DNA from: Singulisphaera sp. GP187
GTDB taxonomy: Bacteria > Planctomycetota > Phycisphaerae > Phycisphaerales > SM1A02
Assembly: GCA_945871915.1 (NCBI GenBank)
Contig: CAMBXO010000014.1
Span: 2,124-66,123 of the forward strand
Direction: 5' to 3'
Length of the DNA: 64,000 nt
This document shows, piece after piece, positions 9,318 to 17,112 of this stretch. The translations under genes and the position numbers were made by a program. The stretch's first letter is position 1; every line of letters starts with the position of its first letter. The notes beneath the pieces were generated by a model. The model did no database searches, was not told the origin of the DNA, and saw only the letters and a list, made by a program, of their open reading frames with translations.

Positions 9318-11122
9318 TTGCTGCCACCCGGAGCAGTTGGCGGAGAGTCTGGAGCCTTGGCCATTGCTGGCTTCATCTTCAGTTCTTCCTCCAGATACTT
9401 GATGACCTCGGCTCGGTTGCCATCTGATCTGTTCCTTGCATGATCGACGGCGTTCCAACCACGGCCATCCAAGGCGTCAACATTGACTCCAGCCAGTTTC
9501 AACGCATGCAGTTTTTCAACTCGACCATTGGCGGCTGCGATCAACCAAACGGACATACCTTGCCGATTCAGCGCATCAATGGCCGCTTTGGCATTGAGAA
9601 GCGCCTGAAGACTTTCAAGCTTTCCATTTCGGGCCGCACGCATCAAGGCGGTATCGCCGGTCAGATTGTCCGCAACAGCCATGTCGGCACCCTTGTCGAT
9701 GAGCAATTGAACGGACTCGGGGTTACCAATACCTGCAGCCCACAAAAGCGGCGTTAATCCGTTCTTGTCAGCGACATTGATCTTGGCATTGGCTTCGATC
9801 AGCAAGCCCACAGTCTCTGGACTACCCAGAGCGGAAGCCCACATCAGAGGCGTGCCACCAAGGCGATCCGTCGAGTCCACATCTGCCTTGGCTGCAAGAA
9901 GAAGTTTGACCGATGCACCCTTTCCACTCTCTGCAGCAATGCACAAAGGAGTCTTGCCCGCGCGATCTTTCACTTCGACTTTGGCACCCTTCTCCAGAAG
10001 CACTGCGATGACTTCGGTCTTGTCTTCGCGAGCGGCCCAGTGCAGCGCACTTCGACCACCGGAGCTGTCCGGCGCATCAATCACGGCGCCGCCCTCAAGT
10101 TCTTTTTTCACGCGCTCCACATCTCCACTGCGAGCAGCCGTTACCAGCGCGCTCGCGGCCCGGTCGCCGGGATTGGGGCCACCCGGAGTGCGAGGTTCTG
10201 AAGCACTGCCAGCGGGACGGCGAATCAAGCACGACAGCGAAGGCACCTTGGGGTGATCGGTGCTGATGCTGAGTTTGATGGTCTTGCCAGTTTCCTCCCA
10301 GGTCTTCCAGTCGACATGCACCTTGTGCTCGACAGCGGCCTCAGTCCCGGCATCTGGAAGAATGGGTGGCGTGACGGCGGTAATTCGGAAAGGCGTGTTG
10401 TCAACGCTTTTCACAATGATTTCGCCTTCGTTGGTCTTGCCTTCTCCCGGCGCCTCCAACATGTCTGGAGTCATCACGATGTACGCGGGCACCTTGCCTT
10501 GAACGGTCAGCATCACCGGAGCATGACCGTCGATTTGGAATGTGACTCGTTTACTCAGTGGAACGCCCGGCTTTGGGCCTGGCTTCAAACTGATCTCAAC
10601 TTCTGCACTGGCTCCCGGCGCAATTGGTTCCTTGGGAGTTCCAGCCGTGGTGCAACCGCAACTGGTTATGGCCTTGGCGATCGTGACGGGTTTGTCGCTA
10701 ATGTTGATCAGCTTCACCTTGCCGGTCTTGGCGGTGTCCACAATCATTTCACCAAGGTCGAGAACTTCCGGCTCCACTCGAATCACAGGAGTCGTGTCAA
10801 CCGGTACCTGTGCACCGCCACCCTGAGGCGTGGCTCCTGTATCAGACTTGCCGACGGCAACCGGTGCGCCTCGCTGGGAAACCTGATCACGCAGACCCTT
10901 CTCCTTGGTTGCGGCGGCACTGGTGGCGGCATTTCCGTTGGCCGCCCGGCGCTTGCTATTGGCAATGGACTCGGGCGAACCTGGAACCGGATCCACCTCC
11001 GGACTCGCTTGACTTGCCGCACCTGTGGCGGCTGGCGGAGTTGCTGGCGGAACTGCATCTTGGCCGACCAATGTGGCATTCAGGAGGAGAGGCAGAACCA
11101 GGACGATGGCAGGACATTTCAT
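9314..11122 (-). CDS. exported DUF1573-type domain protein with C-terminal ankyrin repeats
   Basis: Start re-picked to ATG 11122 (AAGGAA upstream), giving signal peptide MKCPAIVLVLPLLLNATLVG. The LDLGEM...ITSCGCTTA segment matches the DUF1573 signature. It is followed by about 6-7 ankyrin repeats (G.TPL..AA..G....V..LL..GA). Confidence 0.8.
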   Translation of the reverse strand: MKCPAIVLVLPLLLNATLVGQDAVPPATPPAATGAASQASPEVDPVPGSPESIANSKRRAANGNAATSAAATKEKGLRDQVSQRGAPVAVGKSDTGATPQGGGAQVPVDTTPVIRVEPEVLDLGEMIVDTAKTGKVKLINISDKPVTIAKAITSCGCTTAGTPKEPIAPGASAEVEISLKPGPKPGVPLSKRVTFQIDGHAPVMLTVQGKVPAYIVMTPDMLEAPGEGKTNEGEIIVKSVDNTPFRITAVTPPILPDAGTEAAVEHKVHVDWKTWEETGKTIKLSISTDHPKVPSLSCLIRRPAGSASEPRTPGGPNPGDRAASALVTAARSGDVERVKKELEGGAVIDAPDSSGGRSALHWAAREDKTEVIAVLLEKGAKVEVKDRAGKTPLCIAAESGKGASVKLLLAAKADVDSTDRLGGTPLMWASALGSPETVGLLIEANAKINVADKNGLTPLLWAAGIGNPESVQLLIDKGADMAVADNLTGDTALMRAARNGKLESLQALLNAKAAIDALNRQGMSVWLIAAANGRVEKLHALKLAGVNVDALDGRGWNAVDHARNRSDGNRAEVIKYLEEELKMKPAMAKAPDSPPTAPGGSK

Positions 11123-11271
11123 GGGGATTTCCTTGAATGAGATCGCAAAGAGTGTAGCCGAAGGCAGGTCGACTTCATCGGTCTGTGAACGCGAATTCAT
11201 TGAGCAAGTTCGCGTGGGCATTCGGTTGAATCGACATGCCACCGCAGCGCGTTCACTACACTCACAGGGCA

Positions 11272-12480
11272 ATGTCCGATTCTCCGTTGCCTGAACATCT
11301 CGATCGCCCGCACATCCGCAATTTTCAGCCACTGGGGATGCGGCAAGAAGGCAAACCGCCCATCGTGATGCTGCGAGATCCCTCCATGCTTTCGCCGCAA
11401 ACCATGGCGGTGCAACCGAATGTTTTGCCGCTGATTCTGCAATTCCAAGGGCAGGAGTCGTTGAGCGAATTGGAAACGCGCACCAAAGCTCCGATCAATA
11501 TGTTGCGGGAATTGGTGACACGCATGGACGAATTAGGCCTTCTGTGGGGCCCGCGATTTGATGAACTCGAACGGCTGGCCAAGGCTCGGATTCAAGAGTC
11601 GGGAAATTTCCCGGCGACGTGTTCTCTGGCCATTGGCTCCGAGCGGGACAAGGCGGCAGAGAAGATTGCACAGTGGATGTCCGAGGTCGAAGATCCTGAA
11701 ATTGAGGGAACGGTCTCTGGCGTTGTGGCTCCGCACTTGGACTACGAGCGAGGGTGGCACAATTACGCGTCGGCATATCGAGCCCTCAATCCTGATGTTC
11801 GTGTGGATCGGATTGTGGTGCTGGGTACCAACCACTTTGGAATCGGTGACGGTGTGGTGCTGAGTGAATTTGGATTCACAACGCCTTTAGGAAACGTTCC
11901 AGCGGACAAAGCCACGCTTGCCTTTCTTGAGAAGAGCCTTGGACACAAGCGCATGTATGCGGATCAGATGGATCACCTTGGGGAGCATTCCATTCAACTT
12001 CAATTGCCGTGGCTGCAGCATGTGTATGGCGAGGTGCCGGTGCTTGGAGCCCTCATTCCCGATCCGCTTCGACCAGTGAGCGACGATGGTGAACGAGCCA
12101 CAACACTTGAGTTTGTGCAAGCATTACGGACGGCGCTGGAAGAACTTGGCGGCAGAACTGTTTTTGTGGCCAGCAGTGATCTGAGCCACATTGGACCGAA
12201 TTTTGGAGACCCCGGCCCAGTGAACGACCAGATTGCATCGCAAGTGGAACAATTAGATCGCGAACGCTTGGGATTGTTCTGCGGGGCCGATCCGACGGCA
12301 TTTGAGGCCCCCTTTCGTGCGCAGAACAACATCAGCCGATGGTGCAGCCTTGGAAATATGGGGACCGCACTTCGCGTGGCTTCGCCAGGTTGCGTTGAAT
12401 TGATCGACTACGAGCAGGTACGCGATGCTGAAAACGCGTCGCTGGTTTCGTGTGCGTCATTGGCGTTGGTCGCACCATAA
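11272..12480 (+). CDS. Memo-like / AmmeMemoRadiSam system protein B family protein with N-terminal extension
   Basis: APHLDYERG, VVLGTNHFG, EHSIQLQLPWLQ and SSDLSHIG motifs are typical of the MEMO1 family. Start is ATG 11272 or 11236. Confidence 0.72.
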   Translation: MSDSPLPEHLDRPHIRNFQPLGMRQEGKPPIVMLRDPSMLSPQTMAVQPNVLPLILQFQGQESLSELETRTKAPINMLRELVTRMDELGLLWGPRFDELERLAKARIQESGNFPATCSLAIGSERDKAAEKIAQWMSEVEDPEIEGTVSGVVAPHLDYERGWHNYASAYRALNPDVRVDRIVVLGTNHFGIGDGVVLSEFGFTTPLGNVPADKATLAFLEKSLGHKRMYADQMDHLGEHSIQLQLPWLQHVYGEVPVLGALIPDPLRPVSDDGERATTLEFVQALRTALEELGGRTVFVASSDLSHIGPNFGDPGPVNDQIASQVEQLDRERLGLFCGADPTAFEAPFRAQNNISRWCSLGNMGTALRVASPGCVELIDYEQVRDAENASLVSCASLALVAP

Positions 12481-12513
12481 ATTGTTGCTCGGTTGCAAGA
12501 CGCGTCCCCCTAG

Positions 12514-12578
12514 GCAGCAATGGGTTTAGGCGGGCGCGTGCCCAAATTGCAGCAATGGATTTGGGCGGGCGCGTGCCC
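12514..12578. repeat. imperfect 30-bp direct repeat (2 copies, 35-bp period) in a convergent intergenic region
   Basis: gcagcaatgggtttaggcgggcgcgtgccc (12514-12543) versus gcagcaatggatttgggcgggcgcgtgccc (12549-12578), with 28 of 30 positions identical. Confidence 0.85.
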
Positions 12579-12582
12579 GCCC
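12563..12582. terminator. GC-rich hairpin GGGCGGGC-gcgt-GCCCGCCC between convergent genes (possible bidirectional terminator)
   Basis: Perfect 8-bp stem with a 4-nt loop, seen directly. There is no clear U-tract on either strand. Confidence 0.35.
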
Positions 12583-12733
12583 TATAGAAAGAGCCCGCTG
12601 CAACTGAATCGCAACGAGCTCCTCGTGGGGGTACGAATGAATACGCCACCGAATTCTGATGGCTATTGCCTCATACGGGGAATGACCGATTACGGTTTCC
12701 ACTGAGCGCAAAATTGCTCAGGCGACCCCCGGG

Positions 12734-13483
12734 TTAGCCCGGGGCAACCTGTATTTTTGCCATGACCTGCTTCAGATCGCTCCAAACCTCGGCCCGTGTT
12801 TGAGGTGTGTAATTCCGTAGCAGATAGGCCGGGTGATAGGTCGGCATGATCGGAATGCTGGCTCCCCTTCCTTTGGGTGGCTGCCAGGTGGCCCAAATCC
12901 CTCTCAATTTCGAGATTCCAATTTCACTGCCAAGAAGCAGTTTCGTGGCTGGACCACCAAGCGTGACAATGACTTTGGGGGCAATGAGCAACAATTGCTC
13001 AATCAGATATGGCCCACAGGCTGCAATCTCCGACGGTTGGGGTGGTCGATTATTCGGTGGTCGACTCTTGAGCACATTGGCAATGTAAACCTGCTCTCGC
13101 GACAACCCCATTGCGGCAATCATCTCATTCAATTTCGTTCCGGCCTTCCCAACAAATGGACGACCCGTTTGATCCTCGGTTTCGCCGGGAGCCTCGCCAA
13201 CAAAAAAGACCTGTGCATTGGCATCGCCCTCACCGAAGACAATGTTGGTGTGTGCCGTGGCAGTGGTGCAGTGCGGGCACTCGCGTTCGTGCTGTAAACG
13301 CAAGGCCTCAAGAGCCGTGTGCCGAGACACTCCCGGAGCAGACACGAACGAGGGCTCAGGAATGATGGGCGCAGTCGCCGTGTCCGCGTGCGTGGACTGC
13401 ACTGCCACTTTGGAGACTCGGCGAACAGTTGTTGTGAGCCCCATCGCCTGATCGGCTTTGCGAAGTGTCTGCTGCCGTGTCAC
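12734..13483 (-). CDS. uracil-DNA glycosylase, family 4
   Basis: CPHC...VFGEGDANAQVFFVGEAPGETEDQTGRPFVGKAG and the C-terminal HPAYLLR motif. Confidence 0.9.
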   Translation of the reverse strand: MTRQQTLRKADQAMGLTTTVRRVSKVAVQSTHADTATAPIIPEPSFVSAPGVSRHTALEALRLQHERECPHCTTATAHTNIVFGEGDANAQVFFVGEAPGETEDQTGRPFVGKAGTKLNEMIAAMGLSREQVYIANVLKSRPPNNRPPQPSEIAACGPYLIEQLLLIAPKVIVTLGGPATKLLLGSEIGISKLRGIWATWQPPKGRGASIPIMPTYHPAYLLRNYTPQTRAEVWSDLKQVMAKIQVAPG

Positions 13484-13486
13484 GAA

Positions 13487-14056
13487 CTAGGTCTTTGGAA
13501 GCTTGTTCTTCTTTGGGTCACTCATCTCAAACATGCTCTGAGTCCGTAGCACCATGCCGCAATCGCTTCGCAGGTGGTACCCCTGAACATGCACGGCATT
13601 GAGATAGCGTTGCACATCAAGCAAGGAAAGATTTGGTCGCCCTTGCGGATCATTCCACGATACAGAAATGCAATTGCGATCACGGCCATGTGCCAGCATT
13701 TCACGGTATGTACCGGTGTACAAATGCTCGCTCAGTGTTTCGGTTTGCAGCGTGGTGACATATTTCAGATTGTCGCCAAACTGCTCGTCAAACTCCCGTT
13801 CACCCGCGCATGGCATCGTGGTGACAAGGCCCTTCTCAGGAAGGTTCTGTCCGCCCTCGATGACCACTTCACACAGACACATGTCACCAAATTGAAAGCG
13901 GCCAGCGTGACCGCCTTTGAAGACCCACACTTCGAATTCATAGTCAGGATGCTCGATCCGTTTGCGAGCCTCAATCTGAAAGAATTCCGGGTGAATTGCC
14001 TTGCGATAAACAAGCATGGTGTAAGCCTGCATGCTTGTGAGTTTCGAGAATGTCAT
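13487..14056 (-). CDS. conserved-looking hypothetical protein (189 aa), function unknown
   Basis: ATG 14056 is preceded by AGGAGA. The stop lies 3 nt before the UDG start. The ORF-track version (to 14494) runs through the RNase P RNA gene and was rejected. Confidence 0.6.
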   Translation of the reverse strand: MTFSKLTSMQAYTMLVYRKAIHPEFFQIEARKRIEHPDYEFEVWVFKGGHAGRFQFGDMCLCEVVIEGGQNLPEKGLVTTMPCAGEREFDEQFGDNLKYVTTLQTETLSEHLYTGTYREMLAHGRDRNCISVSWNDPQGRPNLSLLDVQRYLNAVHVQGYHLRSDCGMVLRTQSMFEMSDPKKNKLPKT

Positions 14057-14227
14057 GGCGTCTCCTGATTTCCAATCACAACAAATTTGTCGTTGACCTG
14101 ACCTGCCGGACGACCCGGCTATGGGCGTAAGAACCCAATGCGTAACCTCCGATTGTCGCCAGATTGCCTGCTGATTCAACAGGAAAGATAGAATTTTTGA
14201 AGAATCGTTACCCCTCGATTCAGTGCC

Positions 14228-14259
14228 AAAAAGACACGGCGGGCCCCGAAGGACCCGCC
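14228..14259 (-). terminator. rho-independent terminator downstream of rnpB
   Basis: The minus strand reads GGCGGGTCC-TTCG-GGGCCCGCC followed by GTGTCTTTTT: a 9-bp stem, a UUCG loop and a U-tract. Confidence 0.6.
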
Positions 14260-14265
14260 GCCGCA

Positions 14266-14646
14266 GGGTGTGGAAGTAAGCCGGATTCTGTGCCGACCGA
14301 AGTCGGTGGTGACCATTTCTCTCTGGACCGCCGTTGCCGGAGGCCTCGAAGCACGCTACCCGCCCCGAACCGCGGACTACGGTAGCTGGTGACCCAGCTG
14401 GGGCTGTTTGCGCTTGCACGCGGTGGGGTTTTCCATGCCCCCGACGTCGCCGTCGGAGCGGTGCGCTCTTACCGCACCATTTCACCCTTGCCACGCACCC
14501 TTGCGGGCCGTTCGGCGGTCTCGTCTCTGTGGCACTGTCCCGAGCCTTTCGCTTGGCTGGTGGCCGTTTGCCATCACCGTGTCCTACCGTGTCCGGACTT
14601 TCCTCGCCCCGATTTGCATCGGAGGGCGATCACCTATCCACACATG
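14266..14646 (-). ncRNA. rnpB: RNase P RNA, bacterial type A
   Basis: The minus strand contains GAGGAAAGTCCGGAC (P4 5' strand), AGGGTGAAATGGTGCGGTAAGAGCGCACCG (J11/12-P12 region) and ACAGAATCCGGCTTAC (P4 3' strand). P1 pairs GTGTGGA (from 14643) with TCCACAC (to 14269). End coordinates are accurate to about 5 nt. Confidence 0.93.
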
Positions 14647-14648
14647 GC

Positions 14649-14678
14649 ACTCTACGACGCAACCGATCCCGATGGGAA
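14649..14678 (-). promoter_or_regulatory. candidate sigma70-like promoter for rnpB
   Basis: Minus strand: TTCCCA, 18 nt, TAGAGT, then 5 nt to the G at the predicted P1 5' end. Weak match, position-based only. Confidence 0.25.
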
Positions 14679-14715
14679 GGAGGTGGCCGAAACAATCCAT
14701 TTAATTTTTTGCGTT

Positions 14716-15036
14716 TTAGGCTGAAATCGCCGTGACTTTGACCACCAGCAACTCGGACCGATGTCCAAGTGTTCGGCGATAGCCCTTGCGGCGGGCGTAC
14801 TTGCCGATTCGAAGTTTCGGACCATCTTCGTGGCCGACAATATCGGCAGTGACGGTTGCACCAGAAAGAAATGGAACGCCAATTTTTGCAGGCGTACCGT
14901 CGCAGGTGCCTACAGCAAGCACTTTGTCAAAAGTGATGGTCTTCTGGCCTTCCGTGAGGGGGCGAATGTCAATCTCAAATTGGTCATCCTTGCGTACAAG
15001 GATCTGAGTTCCGCTGTCTTGGAAAATGGCGTACAC
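14716..15036 (-). CDS. rplU: 50S ribosomal protein L21
   Basis: MYAIFQDSGTQILV... and the C-terminal GHRSELLVVKV. AGGAG lies upstream of the ATG. Confidence 0.95.
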   Translation of the reverse strand: MYAIFQDSGTQILVRKDDQFEIDIRPLTEGQKTITFDKVLAVGTCDGTPAKIGVPFLSGATVTADIVGHEDGPKLRIGKYARRKGYRRTLGHRSELLVVKVTAISA

Positions 15037-15084
15037 GGTGGTCTCCTGCGAGGTGGCGAATCGCCGATCCTAACAAGAATCCCT

Positions 15085-16266
15085 TCAGCTTGCGAGGGGT
15101 TGCAACTGGCCTTTCAAGCGGTCGCCAGCCAGTGCAATGGTTTCCAGTGTCTTACAAAAGGCAAATCGAACCAGTGCCTTCCCACCTTCTGGGTCGACAT
15201 AAAACGGGCTGCACGGAATGGCCGCCACACCCACATGCCGAATCAGATGTTCGCAGAATGCTTCGGCGTTTACATGTCCAAACCGAGTGTGGTCGGCCAA
15301 AACAAAGTACGAGCCCTCGGGTTCAATGGGGTCGAAACCCGCTTCCCGTAGAACGGTAAGCAAGGCCGTGCGACGAAGGCCGTAGTCCGTTCGCAGCGTC
15401 TCAAAGTAACTCGGCGGAGCATGGAGCGCCGTCACCGCAGCATGCTGGAGCGGCGTTGCGGTGCAGAAGGTAAGAAACTGATGCGCCGCGCGAATTCCCG
15501 CCGTAAGGTGTGGCGGAGCGATCGCCCATCCAATTTTCCAGCCGGTCATTGAAAACGATTTTCCCAAACTCGACAAGACGATCGTGCGTTCACGCATTCC
15601 CGGCAACGTTGCAATCGAGCGATGCGGTCGGCCAAACCAAATGTGTTCGTACACCTCATCGCTTACCACAAGGCAATCATTCTTGATGGCAAGGTCGGCC
15701 ACACTGGCAAGTTCGTCGTCGTCAAACACTCGGCCAGTTGGATTGTGGGGCGAATTGATGACGATCAAACGAGTGCGTGCATTGACGGCGGCTTTCAACT
15801 CTTTCACTGGCAGACGGAACTCTGGCGGCTGCATACGAACAGTTCGAAGTGTTCCGCCGGCCATCGACACTGTTGCTGGATACGAATCGTAAAACGGCTC
15901 GACAAGCACCACTTCGTCGCCCGGCTCCACGAGGCCAAGCATGGTGGCGGCGATGGCTTCGGTACATCCACTGGTGACGGTAATTTCTCGCTCCGGATCC
16001 ACTTCAAGGTGTTGGTCGCAACGCACTCGTTGAGCAATCGCCTGATTCAATTCCGCTACGCCAACCATGCGGGCGTATTGACCACACCCCTTCTCAATGG
16101 CCGTCTTGGCAGCGTCTTTCAAGAACTCAGGGCCATCAAAGTTCGGAAATCCCTGCCCCAAATTGACGGCCCCATGTTCGACGGCAAGGCGGCTGATTCG
16201 AGTAAAGACGCTTTCGCCAAAGCACCTGAGTCGTTGAGAAATGCCGTGTGGCGTTCGATGCATCAA
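15085..16266 (-). CDS. PLP-dependent aminotransferase, class I/II (YbdL / kynurenine-aminotransferase-like)
   Basis: NLGQGFPNFDGP, INSPHNPTG and the SLGKSFSMTGWKIGW (PLP-lysine) motifs. Confidence 0.85.
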   Translation of the reverse strand: MMHRTPHGISQRLRCFGESVFTRISRLAVEHGAVNLGQGFPNFDGPEFLKDAAKTAIEKGCGQYARMVGVAELNQAIAQRVRCDQHLEVDPEREITVTSGCTEAIAATMLGLVEPGDEVVLVEPFYDSYPATVSMAGGTLRTVRMQPPEFRLPVKELKAAVNARTRLIVINSPHNPTGRVFDDDELASVADLAIKNDCLVVSDEVYEHIWFGRPHRSIATLPGMRERTIVLSSLGKSFSMTGWKIGWAIAPPHLTAGIRAAHQFLTFCTATPLQHAAVTALHAPPSYFETLRTDYGLRRTALLTVLREAGFDPIEPEGSYFVLADHTRFGHVNAEAFCEHLIRHVGVAAIPCSPFYVDPEGGKALVRFAFCKTLETIALAGDRLKGQLQPLAS

Positions 16267-16313
16267 GCCATGCTAGCGGCGCACAATATTCTGCCTGAGG
16301 CGATACTTGCACC

Positions 16314-17072
16314 GTGCCTGCTCGCAGAACTCAATCTGATTCGTCAGCTGCTCCAGAGAAGCGACGACCCGTTGCCAATGCGGCTCTGTCGCCAAACATT
16401 TTGTTTGAGGATGAGCACGTGCTGTGCGTGGAGAAGCGAACAGGCTTACCAACGCAACCCGGGAAAGGGCACCTGGATGACACGCTTCTGAATGGTGCCT
16501 TTGCATTGCGACCAACCGAATTAGGAGCCTTGGGTGCGCAACGGGATTGGGGGCTTCTGCATCGACTCGATCGAGATGTGTCGGGTGTGGTGCTGTTGGC
16601 CAAGTCAGCACTTGCCTACGACGCTTTGAGAGCAGCCTTTGAATCCCACAAGGTCAAGAAAACGTATCTCGCGGTCACGCAACACCCACCGCCATCACCG
16701 CAAGGATCGTGCACTCGAGCCGTACGCGAGGAGATTCGTGGCGATATGAAGGTGGCGGTGTGTCCTCAGCGTGGAGGCGAGAGTGCCCGAACGGATTGGC
16801 GCACACTTGGCAAGATTGGTCTTCACACACTCCTTGAAGTGGAACCACACAGTGGTCGCCTTCATCAAGTTCGTGTGCATCTTGCAGCGATGGGTTGTCC
16901 GATTGTGGGTGATCGGGTGTACCGAAGCGACGCACCACCCAATACCGGTCGACTTCCGCGAGGTCGTGTGCCTGAGCCACTTCTGTTGCACGCTCTGCGG
17001 TTGGAATTTCCGCATCCTGTTACGGGGGCCATCGTGCGTGTGGAGTGTTCAGCCCGAGAAGGGTTTGCATAA
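16314..17072 (+). CDS. RluA-family pseudouridine synthase (no S4 domain)
   Basis: ILFEDEHVLCVEKRTGLPT, the HRLDRDVSGVVLLAKS catalytic Asp motif, and HQVRVHLA. Confidence 0.85.
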   Translation: MPARRTQSDSSAAPEKRRPVANAALSPNILFEDEHVLCVEKRTGLPTQPGKGHLDDTLLNGAFALRPTELGALGAQRDWGLLHRLDRDVSGVVLLAKSALAYDALRAAFESHKVKKTYLAVTQHPPPSPQGSCTRAVREEIRGDMKVAVCPQRGGESARTDWRTLGKIGLHTLLEVEPHSGRLHQVRVHLAAMGCPIVGDRVYRSDAPPNTGRLPRGRVPEPLLLHALRLEFPHPVTGAIVRVECSAREGFA

Positions 17073-17112
17073 GGTGCAACACACCGCGAATGTGCGAGTA
17101 CCCTTCCTCGCC

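Noticed and set aside
12481-12733. 253-bp spacer screened for tRNA, SRP, 6S or riboswitch-like RNAs
   Set aside because: No T-loop (GTTCGAATC-like) or SRP domain-IV motif is present. Only local hairpins occur (for example ctgagc-N8-gctcag at 12703-12722), consistent with terminators of the convergent genes.
14057-14494. N-terminal 146 codons of the 335-aa ORF-track entry 13487-14494
   Set aside because: This stretch runs through the RNase P RNA gene and its terminator on the same strand. An internal ATG at 14056 with an AGGAGA SD gives a compact protein.
16771-17112. N-terminal extension of the FlgI-like ORF that overlaps the 3' end of the rluA-family gene
   Set aside because: The internal ATG at 17113 yields a textbook lipoprotein signal peptide, and the extension is out-of-frame overlap with a real gene.
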